Below, piece by piece: positions 1 to 30,284 of a stretch of 64,000 nucleotides of DNA. The notes beneath the pieces were generated by a model, which was not told the origin of the DNA, made no database searches, and saw only the letters and a program-made list of their open reading frames with translations. The DNA comes from Macrostomum lignano (lineage: Eukaryota), in NCBI GenBank assembly GCA_002269645.1, contig NIVC01001667.1:64876-128875 (forward strand), given 5' to 3'. How positions within the stretch are numbered: the stretch's first letter is position 1; each line of letters begins with the position of its first letter. Position numbers and translations under genes: made by a program.

Positions 1-13
1 TAGAATTAACCTC

Positions 14-724
14 TGAAACCAGGAACCAGTTAAAACAGGAATCAGTGAAACCAGGAACCTGTGAAACCAGGAACCAGTGAAACCAAGGACCAGTGAAACC
101 AGGAACCAGTGAAACCAGGAACCTGTGAAACCAGGAACCTGTGAAACCAAGGACCAGTGAAACCAGGAACCAGTGAAACCAAGAACCAGTGAAACCAGGA
201 ACCAGTGAAACCAGGAACCTGTGAAACCAGGAAACAGTGAAACCAAGGACCAGTGAAACCAGGAACCAGTGAAACTAGGAACCTGTGAAACCAAGGACTA
301 GTGAAACCAGGAACCAGTGAAACCAGGAACCTGTGAAACCAGGAACGCGTAAAACCAGGGACCTTTGAAAAAGGGACCACTGCAACCAGGGACCACTGCA
401 ACCAGGGACCACTGCAACCAGGGACCACTGCAACCAGGGACCACTGCAACCAGGGACCACTGCAACCATCCACTGCAACCAGGGACCACTGCAACCAGGG
501 ACCACTGCAACCAGGGACCACTGCAACCAGGGACCACTGCAACCAGGGACCACTGCAACCAGGGACCACTGCAACCAGGGACCACTGCAACCAGGGACCA
601 CTGCAACCAGGGACCACTGCAACCAGGGACCACTGCAACCAGGGACCACTACAACCAGGGACCACTGCAACCAGGGACCACTGCAACCAGGGACCACTGC
701 AACCAGGGACCACTGCAACCAGGG
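14..724 (+). repeat. Two abutting 16-bp minisatellites (CCAGGAACCAGTGAAA, then AGGGACCACTGCAACC)
   Basis: Visible tandem units; the array starts ~16 nt from the DGK donor at 740. Confidence 0.95.
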
Positions 725-739
725 ACCTCCCACGCCCAC

Positions 740-17649
<16,910 letters not shown>

Positions 17650-17944
17650 GCCGGGATCGTCTGCTCCGAGCGAGTTTGGTTTCTGAGGGAACCGGGGACT
17701 GATAAGGGGTCCAGTATTTTGGGGGAGGGGTGCTGGGCTGACTGGATTGGCTGGATCTGCATGGGCGCCCCCCCCCCATTGCTGGGACAGCTGGGAAGAG
17801 CCAAGTGCTCAACAGCTGGTAGTTAGCGTTCTTCCACACTCTCTCTTTCTCTTCATCTACTTCCTTGTCGCTTTCTCTGCTTTCTCTACCCTCCCTTCTC
17901 TTCTCTCAACAGGTTAAAATATATATTTATAAATATTTCTAAAT

Positions 17945-18205
17945 AGTTTCTCTCTCTACCTCTCCTTCACCTTCGCCCTCTCCCTCTCTCTCCCTCTCTC
18001 CCTCCCTCTCCCTCTCCCTCTCTCTCCCTCTCTCCCTCCCTCTCCCTCTCCCTCTCTCTCCCTCACCCTCTCTTTCTCCCTCTCTCTCTCCCTCACCCTC
18101 TCCCTCCCTCACCCTCTCCTTCTCCCTCTCTCTCTCCCTCACCCTCTCCCTCTCTCTTTCCCTCACCCTCTCCTTCTCCCTCTCCTTCTCCCTCTCCCTC
18201 TCCGT
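17945..18205 (+). repeat. CT-rich low-complexity tract
   Basis: Direct observation. Confidence 0.85.
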
Positions 18206-19114
18206 CTGCCTCTCCTGCTTTCATCTTTCTACCTCTCCGAATCTTCCCTGCAGTGGCATACACGCACTAGCCAGTGTCCTTAATCCCTAATTCCTATGGG
18301 AAGAGAATTGGCCAGCGGGCCATCCGAACAGTGCCAGATTTAAGAGACAGAAAAAACACCAGCTGGAGAGTAATAAATGATTTCAGACAGGTCTACCTAA
18401 AAAGTACAAGGCACTGACAAACTGGATGAATAATTCATAATGAAGCTGGCCCTGTTCGGAACAGAAGAGGTAAGAAAGATTGAGAGAGGGAGAAGAGGCG
18501 GACAGGCAAGAGGGTACTCAAACAGTGACGGATAGCAACTGCCCCACAGAGCTGTAACCAAGATAGATTACTCTTACTAATAGCCGAAAAAAACTAACAA
18601 AAAGCTGTGAGATGATAAATTATCCAGACAGAATTTTTTTTGCCCTGTTCGACATGATCTTCCTCTCGGGTGTAGCTCGTATCTGGGCAGCGAGTGAGCA
18701 GTGTGACCTTACGCGACCTCCTTACCACCTTCCCTACCGCCCAGTTCCATGCACGCAGCAGGCAGTGCGCATTGGCAAAATATAGCCGACTGACTGCATG
18801 GGCACAGGTGAAAGAGGAGACCAAACTAACGAAAAAAAGAAAGCGGGAAGACAGGTAGAGAGACTGGGAGAAATGACGAGAGGCAAAGCAACTTTTTCTT
18901 TCGGAATTGAGTCTTCCCAGATCTTACCTTGCCAGTAAGCCTCATCATCTCAAGAAGCTTCCCACAGCTAGCCGCCTAATTAGTGCAAAAGCTTGTCACT
19001 TCATGCTGGGACACGATCCGGTGGGATTGACTCACTTTACTCACTTGGGACCTGACATCTGGCCCGTACAACCAGATATTCTTAATGTGTTTTTGCAGAC
19101 AGTATCATCAATTA

Positions 19115-19680
19115 CCCAATCTCACTCCCAGATCCCCAATCTCACTCCCAGATTCCCAATCTCACTCCCAGATCCCCAATCTCACTCCCAGATTCCCAAT
19201 CTCACTCCCAGATCCCCAATCTCACTCCCAGATCCCCAATCTCACTCCCAGATCCCCAATCCCACTGCCAGATCCCCAATCTCACTCCCAGATCCCCAAT
19301 CTCACTCCCAGATCCCCGATCTCACTCCCAGATCCTCAATCTCCCTCCCAGATCCCCAATCTCACTCCCAGATCCTCAATCTCCCTCCCAGATACCCAAT
19401 CTCACTCCCAGATCCCCGATCTCACTCCCAGATTCCCACTCTCACTCCCAGATCCCCAATCTCACTCCCAGATTCCCAATCTCACTCCCAGATTCCCTAT
19501 TTCACTGCCAGATTCCCAATCTCACTCCCAGATCCCCAATCTCACTCCCAGATCCCCAATCTCACTGCCAGACCCCAATGACTCCCAGATTCCCAATCTC
19601 ACTCCCAGATCCCCGATCTCACTCCCAGATCCCCAATCTCACTCCCAGATTCCCAATCTCACTCCCAGATTCCCAATCGC
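19115..19680 (+). repeat. 20-bp minisatellite (CTCACTCCCAGATCCCCAAT)
   Basis: Direct observation; same family as 15981-17094. Confidence 0.95.
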
Positions 19681-20129
19681 ACTGAAATCCCCATTTTCAT
19701 TCCTGGATCCCGTATCTCATATCTCACTCTTAAATCCCCTAGATTTCCAGTAGTATCACTCCCAGCTCTACGGTAAAAGTAGTTGAAGTTATTTTTTACC
19801 TAAAGTTTCAACTTCATACTTAAAATAGTGGCAACTGAAAATTGTAACTTAGTATGTGTAAAAGCAAATTTTTCGAATGATTTAATTTATTACAACAATG
19901 ACATAGATGTTGTTGAAATCTTTAAAACTAATGTTTATAACGAAGACACATCGGACGTGTAATGCACGAGCGTATTAGCTGTGCAAAAAATAGTAGGCCA
20001 AATGTGCATCATTATGACCTTAATAAGATAGTTTTATCGTTAAAATTTTAGCAATCAAATCACAATTGATTTTGAATGATCTGTAAGTACAATTCTTTTG
20101 AGCTTTGATTGTAAGGGGTAATTAGCATT

Positions 20130-20760
20130 GATGTGAGGATAATTGGGTGAGGATAATGAGGTGAGGATAATGGGGTGAGGATAATGGTGTGAGGATAATG
20201 GTGTGAGGATAATGATGTGAGGATAATGGGGTGAGGATAATGGTGTGAGGATAATTGGGTGAGGATAATGGTGTGAGGATAATGGTGTGAGGATAATGGT
20301 GTGAGGATAATGGGGTGAGGATAATGGTGTGAGGATAATGGGGTGAGGATAATGATGTGAGGATAATGGGGTGAGGATAATGATGTGAGGATAATTGGGT
20401 GAGGATAATGGTGTGAGGATAATGGTGTGAGGATAATGGTGTGAGGATAATGGGGTGAGGATAATGGTGTGAGGATAATGGGGTGAGGATAACGGTGCGA
20501 GGATAATGGTGTGAGGATAATGGTGTGAGGATAATGATGTGAGGATAATGGGGTGAGGATAATGGTGTGAGGATAATGGTGTGAGGATAATGATGTGAGG
20601 ATAATGGAGTGAGGATAATGGTGTGAGGATAATGGTGTGAGGATAATGGAGTGAGGATAATGGGGTGAGGATAATGGAGTGAGGATAATGATTTAGGGAT
20701 ATTGGTGTGAGGATAATTGGAGGATAATGGGGTGGGAATAATGAGGATTGATGTGAGGCT
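20130..20760 (+). repeat. 14-15-bp minisatellite (GTGAGGATAATGGT)
   Basis: Direct observation. Confidence 0.95.
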
Positions 20761-20903
20761 AATGAACAATAATGATAAGAGGGCAATTAGCATCGATGGG
20801 AGGTTTATTAAACGTGAGAGCAAACAAAGAAGCATTTTATTTGGACAATGATGGGATAGCCAAGTGAAGAGACAGTCTACACAAATTCTCCTTATTATAG
20901 CAG

Positions 20904-23900
20904 TTAGGCCTGCTGCTGCTCCCTCCACAGTACCCGCCGCCGCCGCAGACATTGAGGCGCTAGACGGCTAGTCAGTTTCGCGGCCGCTTGTTGGTACCTG
21001 CCGCAGGCGAAGCAGTACACGAACAGGTTACACACGCTGTCAAGAGCTACTAGCATGCCAGCGACTCGGCGATAGACAGCCGCGGTCTGGCGAGTGGCAC
21101 TATAGCAGAATGCGATGCCCAGTGCTAGGGGCAGTTCCAGAGTGACAAACACAGCAGTCAGAGCCAGCACTGTGCGCGTCACTGTGCCTGTGACCTCGGC
21201 GCGCCGTCTGCGGCTAAGGATGTGTCAGTGAAGAGAAGGAAGGGTTGGGAACAATGGAAAATGTACACTCATTCAATATGTGCTGAAACCCCAACCCCTC
21301 CCAAATGTTTCCATACCCCTACGTACATAATGCGACGTTGGTCTACCACCCCGAACCATTTCTCGTCCCCTCTATGTACAGTGGAGCTAGAGTTGTAAAC
21401 TGATAAACGTATATCAGGCTATAGACGATTGATGTCACGCAAAGCACTCGTGCCTTCGCTTTGCGTGCAGTCAAGCTGCCCCACCCCCACCCCCAACATT
21501 ATACACGCGCCCAAAGACTACCACAAAACCTCAATCACCATTTCTTTCTTACCCTCTACGTCCCACCCAGAAATCCAACTTCTAAACTGCACATAGACTT
21601 CTTCATTAGGGGTCACAATCCCGGGATCCCGGAAAAAGCCCTAACAAAGATCCAGGGATTCACAGGGTCGGGATTCAATCCCAGAAAGTTAATGCTATGC
21701 TTTTATAATGTCTGATATAATATGTATAGGAGTTAGTTATACATAATATATATGCATTTAGTACAATATTTATATTACGAGTAGAATGTGTATATAATGT
21801 TATATATTATCAATACATTACCAGACTAGCATTACCCCTTTAGCTCCTACCATAATTGTATGCGTTATAAAAATGTCTTTCGCAGGATTGTTACATTTAT
21901 AACATTATAACAATGCTATGACAAGGATGGTAGTGGAAAATATCAATCCCGGGATTGACAGAATACGGGATTTTGTGACCCCCATTCTCCATACATTTGG
22001 TTGAACTCCTTAAGTTCATCGCATAATAGACAAGCAAAGTCTTTGGTCTTCTTAATCTTACTTTCGAGTAAGATCTTACTGATATAATCTTACTGATTTG
22101 CAAAGCTACACAAAAATTATGTACTCACAAGCAGTGTATTGTGCATCGTGAACGTATACATCCTTAACCCTGCTACCATTGAACCATGGTGCATTCGGAA
22201 ACAGTCATGCAACTCTCCCACCCGTGCGGTTGTCGTGAAATTCACGCTGATGTCAACCCCAAGGCACAGGGAGTGTACAATTAGAAAGCCATGGGCCAAT
22301 GTACATGTACAACCTGTGTGAGCGTGCGTATGAGTGCGTGTCTGCGCACAGTATTGGTGCGCTTGTCTGTGCTCAGGAGTCAGCGGAATGACAGAATTGC
22401 CTCAACTCTGCATGGTTGTGGGACAATGTCGCCGAAGGCGTTGCACCATGCAGGGTGGCCGCAGCCCTCCTGTAATAATTATTATACAGCCTACTACTTT
22501 CTTGTCCTTGTTTGCAGCTTACACAGCGAATAAGGCATTTGGAAACGACTGAATAAAGAAAGTAAGGTGCCGTCAGTAAAAGTCAGCGACCCACCTTCCG
22601 TAGCCGCTGCATTCGCCAAGCTCCAAGCTTTGCCATCGTCGTACAAGTCGCACAGTCAGGCAGCAGAAAGTGGACACAATTACCACAGGCGCGGCCGACT
22701 GTGATAGCAGCAGGCAGGCCTCCAGCAGCTCCAGGCCAGCGGAGCTGGAGTGACCAGCCAGCACGCGAACTCGTGTAGGACGCTTGTTGCATAGCGTGAC
22801 TGGGCGTATCGGGATTTCAAGAGGTCGGGTTTGGAATAGCATCATGTTGGATAGTTTGGGACATGTACGAGTACGAGCTATCAGCAAAGACACGTCTAAT
22901 TCTACTAAAATACACTCAAGATCAAAGGCGGCATTTCTGATTCTACTAAAATACACCCAAGATCAAAGGCGGCACGTCTGATTCTACTAAAATACACCCA
23001 CGATCAAAGGCGGTATGTCTGATTCTACTAAAATACATCCAAGATCAAAGGCGGCACGTCTGATTCTACTAAAATACATCCAAGATCAAAGGCGGCATGT
23101 CTAAATCTATTGAAATACACCCAATATCAAAAGCGGCACGTCTGATTCTACTAAAATACATCCAAGATCAAAGGCGGCATGTCTGATTCTACTAAAATAC
23201 GAGTACACCCAAGATCAAAGGTGGCACGTCTTATTCTCTAAAGTTACCCCAAAGATCAAAAGCTACATGCAGTCGACCGTCACTATTAATGCAGAAATTT
23301 ATGATTCTCCTTATCAGGATTACCCAAATTACCTTCAAGATCAAAAGCAGCACTCAGTCCAATCGATTCGGCCACAAATACGGCAAATAAAGTAACAAAA
23401 ATCACTTTCGACCATCGTTCAATCAGATTAGCCGAGCCAATGACTGCCACTTTCGTGTTTCGCATTGGCCCTCGAACAGCCAGATACCTGGCGCAGCAGA
23501 TCACGGCTACCCACCAATTTCGAAGCGTCAGAAAGGCGTGACCGCCAATGGTGGACAATGCCTAAGACAACGGGTGTAATATTGTAAGCTTTAAAATGTG
23601 GTGTCAACAAAAACGGTAAGCCTTGAACGCGTGATCGGCTAGGACCAATCTTTTAATGCACACACTTCGAGAGTTTTACTGATTCTTTTTGCACTACTTA
23701 AGATTAGGCTATCTCTTGCAAAAGTTGTGTACATTTCATACTCCTTTAATGTACTGCGTACTTAAACGTCAACAGACTACTACCTCCATAATATAAACTT
23801 TTACTATAAGAAGTCACAAGCAAGGTCACCGAGGGACCAGGTGCATCACGGATACGCTTGGAAGAATACCAGGAATACCAGCAAAAACACTAGGAGTTCT

Positions 23901-24930
23901 TGAAGTGTTTGTAAGAACACCGGGAGTTCCTTTGGCGCTTACAAGAGCACTAGGAATTCTTGTGACGCTTGCAATAACATTGGGAGTTCCTTTGGCGCTT
24001 ACAAGAGCACTAGGAATTCCTGTGACGCTTGCAATAACACCGGAAGTTCCTGCAACGTTTTCAAGAGCAGCGGGAGTTCCATGACACTTGCAAGAACATC
24101 GAGAGTTTCTGTGATGCTTTCAAAAACACCGAGAGTGCATGTGACGATTGTAAGAACACCGAGAGTGCATGTGACGATTGTAAGAACACCGAGAGTTGTA
24201 TGTGACGATTGTAAGAACACCGAGAGTGCATGTGACGATTGTAAGAACACCGAGAGTGCATGTGACGATTGTAAGAACACCGAGAGTGCATGTGACGATT
24301 GTAAGAACACCGAGAGTGCATGTGACGATTGTAAGAACACCGAGAGTGCATGTGACGATTGTAAGAACACCGAGAGTGCATGTGACGATTGTAAGAACAC
24401 CGAGAGTGCATGTGACGATTGTAAGAACACCGAGAATTGTATGTGACGATTGTAAGAACACCGAGAATTGTATGTGACGATTGTAAGAACACCGAGAGTT
24501 GTATGTGACGATTGTAAGAACACCGGGAGTTTCTGGTGTGTAACGGCAAGTGAGCTCCAATCTACTCGTAAAATCAGCTACCTCGTGATTGGAATCTCAC
24601 CTGCAAACAGGCGGCGGGCCAAGCCGTCTCAACGAAATGCAGACCCAACTCGGGCACCACCTTGACCAGAGCGTAGGCAATCTCTGCTGAGCACAGCAGC
24701 CTGAGCAGGCGGCCCATCGGACTGCTAGCCAACCGGCTGCCACTGGACAGAGGTGTGGCGAACACCGCCAACGAGAACAGGTTGCAGCAGGCGGCAACCA
24801 GGTGCAAACCGGCGTCGACAATCTCCAGACAGCGGGCCGCCGGGCTGCCGTCGTAGCCGTCGTCGATTTGATGCTGCCGGGTTGTCCAGCCGGAGCTGCA
24901 GTTCTCCACCGACACCCACTTGAACGGCAT
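20904..24930 (-). CDS. Rhodopsin-class 7TM GPCR, peptide/FMRFamide-receptor-like, 357 aa
   Basis: Exons 24930-24601, 23561-23333, 22799-22595 and 21213-20904 join in frame (1074 nt) with GT-AG sites. N-terminal NCS sequon; TM3 ends CCARYLAV (DRY to ARY); TM6 TRTVLALTAVFVTLELP; TM7 LDSVCNLFVY (NSxxNxxxY type). The exon 2 donor could alternatively lie 12 nt further on. Confidence 0.82.
21607..21983. mobile_element. hAT-type MITE in GPCR intron 3
   Basis: TIRs TAGGGGTCACAATCCCG / CGGGATTTTGTGACCCCA; 8-bp flanks TTCTTCAT / TTCTCCAT (7/8 match). Confidence 0.7.
22898..23270 (+). repeat. 41-bp minisatellite (AAGATCAAAGGCGGCACGTCTGATTCTACTAAAATACACCC), ~9 copies, GPCR intron 2
   Basis: Direct observation. 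Confidence 0.93.
23860..24530 (+). repeat. 30-bp minisatellite (GAGAGTGCATGTGACGATTGTAAGAACACC), GPCR intron 1
   Basis: Direct observation; degenerate copies at the low-coordinate end. Confidence 0.95.
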
Positions 24931-25775
24931 GTCGTTATGAATTGCACTCTGTTGAAATGGTGAGCACTCCGTGCATCGGTGTTTGCAGAAAGCGCGCAAT
25001 CTATGCACTTTTGACATGGACTACTGTAAGCGACATTGTCACACAACCGGCGAGAGGCATTACTGCCCATTCCGCAGGCACACATGCGCGTTGATACGTA
25101 CGCAGTCATACGCACAGGCACACACTCACACAGGAGTGTACAGCGGCTCTAACTTTATTTTATCGTTAGGCATGTACACTTCACTGTGCCTTGGGGGGTT
25201 GGACCTCAAGGCCGTTAATTGCACGAGCAGAGCCAAGCCGAGATTCCAATTTAGCTCCAAATTTTACGACTGCACTTGGAATCGAGCCTGGGCCGCACCC
25301 TATTTTTGTACTCGCAAAGTGCACTATTATTTTCCTGCACTTTAAAAAGTTCGCTCGGTTTCTTTCGATAAAAAAAAAGATCGTAATTAATGCCGACAAC
25401 ATATATCTACATATTGTTGAACTTTGATATAAACACGTTTCTCCCACACGATCAAGGCACTAGCACCAGATCAAGGCACTAACTCAAAACTCATCCCTTG
25501 TAAATAATTGATGGAGATAAAATAATGAAAGCATAATAAAGTTTACTAGGCAGTGTCAGGCGATCTCAGCCTTTGAAACGAATATTGGGGATATGGGATA
25601 ATATTATTCATATCGAATATCAAAAATTTTGCCATCGCACAGGCTTTTTCCCTCGGGGGGGGGGGGTTTCAATATTAGATAGGCACATTTCAGTTCATCA
25701 ATGCATACTGCGTGTTTACATTGAGGTAATAAAAAAACAAAATTGTAATTTTTCAGCCAAGCATTTGCGGCGGTA

Positions 25776-26478
25776 GTCAGAAGCACTAAACTGTGTGTGT
25801 CAGAAGCACTAAACTGTGTGTCAGAAGCACTAAACTGTGTGTGTCAGAAGCACTAAACTGTGTTTCAGAAGCACTAAACTGTGTCAGAAGCACTAAACTG
25901 TGTCAGAAGCACTAAACTGTGTCAGAAGCACTAAACTGTGTCAGAAGCACTAAACTGTGTGTGTCAGAAGCACTAAACTGTGTGTGTCAGAAGCACTAAA
26001 CTGTGTGTCAGAAGCACTAAACTGTGTCAGAAGCACTAAACTGTGTCAGAAGCACTAAACTGTGTGTGTCAGAAGCACTAAACTGTGTGTGTCAGAAGCA
26101 CTAAACTGTGTGTCAGAAGCACTAAACTGTGTCAGAAGCACTAAACTGTGTGTGTCAGAAGCACTAAACTGTGTGTCAGAAGCACTAAACTGTGTCAGAA
26201 GCACTAAACTGTGTCAGAAGCACTAAACTGTGTCAGAAGCACTAAACTGTGTGTGTCAGAAGCACTAAACTGTGTGTCAGAAGCACTAAACTGTGTGTCA
26301 GAAGCACTAAACTGTGTGTCAGAAGCACTAAACTGTGTCAGAAGCACTAAACTGTGTCAGAAGCACTAAACTGTGTGTGTCAGAAGCACTAAACTGTGTG
26401 TCAGAAGCACTAAACTGTGTGTCAGAAGCACTAAACTGTGTGTCAGAAGCACTAAACTGTGTCTGAAGTGCTAAACTA
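25776..26478 (+). repeat. 19-23-bp minisatellite GTCAGAAGCACTAAACT(GT)n
   Basis: Direct observation. Confidence 0.95.
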
Positions 26479-26734
26479 ATTAAAACTGGTTTTATCGAGA
26501 GAATCAGCCAGATTAATTATGATAATTATAAAAAACAGCTAACAGTTTTTTCAAACCAAAAAGTATTGAATATCTCACCGATTTCCTTGTTGTTAGTGTC
26601 TGTTCCAGTTGTGTGTGCCGTGGCTACTGAAGTAACTTACTGAACACAGCTGGGTATATCTACATGTAAATGGGCTGAAGAAAAGGCATCCAATCAAATC
26701 AACCCGACGAATGAAGCCCAGTACCTTTTGACTA

Positions 26735-28545
26735 TTCCCGATAACCATTGTGACTAATCCCGATAACCATTGTGTCCAATCCCGATAACCATTGTGACTA
26801 ATCCCGATAACCATTGTGTCTAATCCCGATAACCATAGTGACTAATCCCGATAACCATAGTGTCTAATCCCGATAACCATTGTGTCTAATCCCGATAACC
26901 ATAGTGTCTAATCCCAATAACCATAGTGTCTAATCCCGATAACCATTGTGTCTAATCCCGATAACCATTGTGTCTAATCCCGATAACCATTGTGTCTAAT
27001 CCCGATAACCATTGTGTCTAATCCCGATAACCATAGTGTCTAAATCCCGATAACAATAGTGTCTAATCCCGATAACCATTGTGACTAATCCCGATAACCA
27101 TAGTGTCTAATCCCGATAACCATAGTGTCTAATCCCGATAACCATAGTGTCTAAATCCCGATAACCATAGTGACTAATCCCGATAACCATTGTGTCTAAT
27201 CCCGATAACCATTGTGTCTAATCCCGATAACCATAGTGTCTAATCCCGATAACCATAGTGTCTAAATCCCGATAACCATAGTGACTAATCCCGATAACCA
27301 TTGTGTCTAATCCCGATAACCATTGTGACTAATCCCGATAACCATTGTGACTAATCCCGATAACCATTGTGACTAATCCCGATAATCATTGTGACTAATC
27401 CCGATAACCATTGTGACTAATCCCGATAACCATAGTGTCTAATCCCGATAACCATAGTGTCTAAATCCCGATAACCATAGTGACTAATTCCGATAACCAT
27501 TGTGTCTAATCCCGATAACCATTGTGTCTAATCCCGATAACCATTGTGTCTAATCCCGATAACCATAGTGTCTAATCCCGATAACCATTGTGTCTAATCC
27601 CGATAACCATTGTGTCTAATCCCGATAACCATTGTGTCTAATCCCGATAACCATTGTGACTATTCCCGATAACCATAGTGACTAATCCCGATAACCATAG
27701 TGTCTAATCCTGATAATCATTGTGACTAATCCCGATAACCATTGTGACTAATCCCGACAACCATTGTGACTAATCCCGATAACCATTGTGACTAATCCCG
27801 ATAACCATTGTGACTAATCCCGATAACCATTGTGACTAATCTCGATAACCATTGTGACTAATCCCGATAACCATTGTGACTAATCCCGATAACCATTGTG
27901 ACTAATCTCGATAACCATTGTGACTCATCCCGATAACCATTGTGACTAATCCCGATAACCATTGTGACTAATCCCGATAACCATTGTGTCTAATCCCGAT
28001 AACCATTGTGTCTAATCCCGATAACCATTGTGTCTAATCCCGATAACCATTGTGTCTAATCCCGATAACCATTGTGTCTAATCCCGATAACCATAGTGTC
28101 TAATCCCGATAACCATAGTGTCTAAATCCCGATAACCATAGTGACTAATCCCGATAACCATTGTGTCTAATCCCGATAACCATAGTGACTAATCCCGATA
28201 ACCATTGTGTCTAATCCCGATAACCATTGTGACTAATCCCGATAACCATTGTGTCTAATCTCGATAACCATAGTGTCTAATCCCGATAACCATAGTGTCT
28301 AAATCCCGATAACCATAGTGACTAATCCCGATAACCATTGTGTCTAATCCCGATAACCATAGTGACTAATCCCGATAACCATTGTGTCCAATCCCGATAA
28401 CCATTGTGACTAATCCCGATAACCATTGTGTCTAATCCCGATAACCATTGTGACTAATCCCGATAACCATTGTGTCTAATCCCGATAACCATTGTGTCTA
28501 ATCCCGATAACCATTGTGTCTAATCCCGATAACCATTGTGTCTAA
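26735..28545 (+). repeat. 22-bp minisatellite (AATCCCGATAACCATTGTGTCT), ~80 copies
   Basis: Direct observation. Confidence 0.97.
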
Positions 28546-29009
28546 CTCTGATAGAGATTAATCCTGATGGTCTTTGTGACTAATCCTGATCGTTGTATCG
28601 AATCCTGATAATAATTGCCTCTAAAAATAATTGCCTGCAAAAGATACTGCTGGTTGCATCCTGGCTGGGGTTGTCTTAATTTTATCATGCGCTACTTACT
28701 CACATTGCAGGCAATGGCAATCACGCTACGGATGAGTTCGTTCGTGTTTTTATTGGCGCCGGCACGAACCGTGCTTTGAGCAGGAGTTGGAGCAGACAGG
28801 AAGAAGACTTAACTCGTAAAGAGAGGCTGAAACTGATGGTTGCGCGGGAAAATTCTATCAAAACATACAACCACCAGGCTCTACCGTCTCTGCTGCGAAA
28901 TCTTTGCAGATAATCTGTGGGCCCCATGGGGATAAGGGAGATGGGGTGGCAGCCCGCTGACCAGATATTTCGAATCGGCAGCTGTTGACTTGTTGACAAA
29001 CAGCTGTTG

Positions 29010-29818
<809 letters not shown>

Positions 29819-30284
29819 TACTGTTGGCAGTTGCTGTTGTATTCTGTTCGCAACTGACTGACAGATTATCCTCAAGCTGTACTGGACAAAATCAGGCACT
29901 GAAAATTGATAACAAATAGATATTAATTCGACATTATAGTACTGGCAAACACATGAATAGAAGAGAGAGCCGTTAAATAAGCCAAATAGTGGGTGTACTT
30001 TTATTAAACCAAGGTAGCTTATAATTAATCCCATCGAAGCAATACCGAATGTTGGACTTTAAGTTGGGCCACATTTTATTCTTCGTTTCGGAGAGTACAA
30101 TTTAGATGCAAAAACTAAATGTACGAGTAAATAGAAAAAATTTTTTTGACACAAATTAACTTCAAGCTCAATATTTTTTGCGTTGAGCAATGAATGAATC
30201 AGTAAGAAAGTTACGAGGTGTTAAACCAATGCGTATAAGCTTCACGACAAGTGATTTTTTCGAGCAAAATTTTGTTATTACGCC

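Noticed and set aside
18594-18824. 76-aa ORF upstream of DGK; also small ORFs at 28.7-29.0 kb and 59.3-59.7 kb
   Set aside because: No recognisable motifs, no true ATG or convincing splice context.
26735-28545. CRISPR-like regularity of this and other arrays
   Set aside because: Units are contiguous with no unique spacers, there are no cas genes, and the context is eukaryotic.
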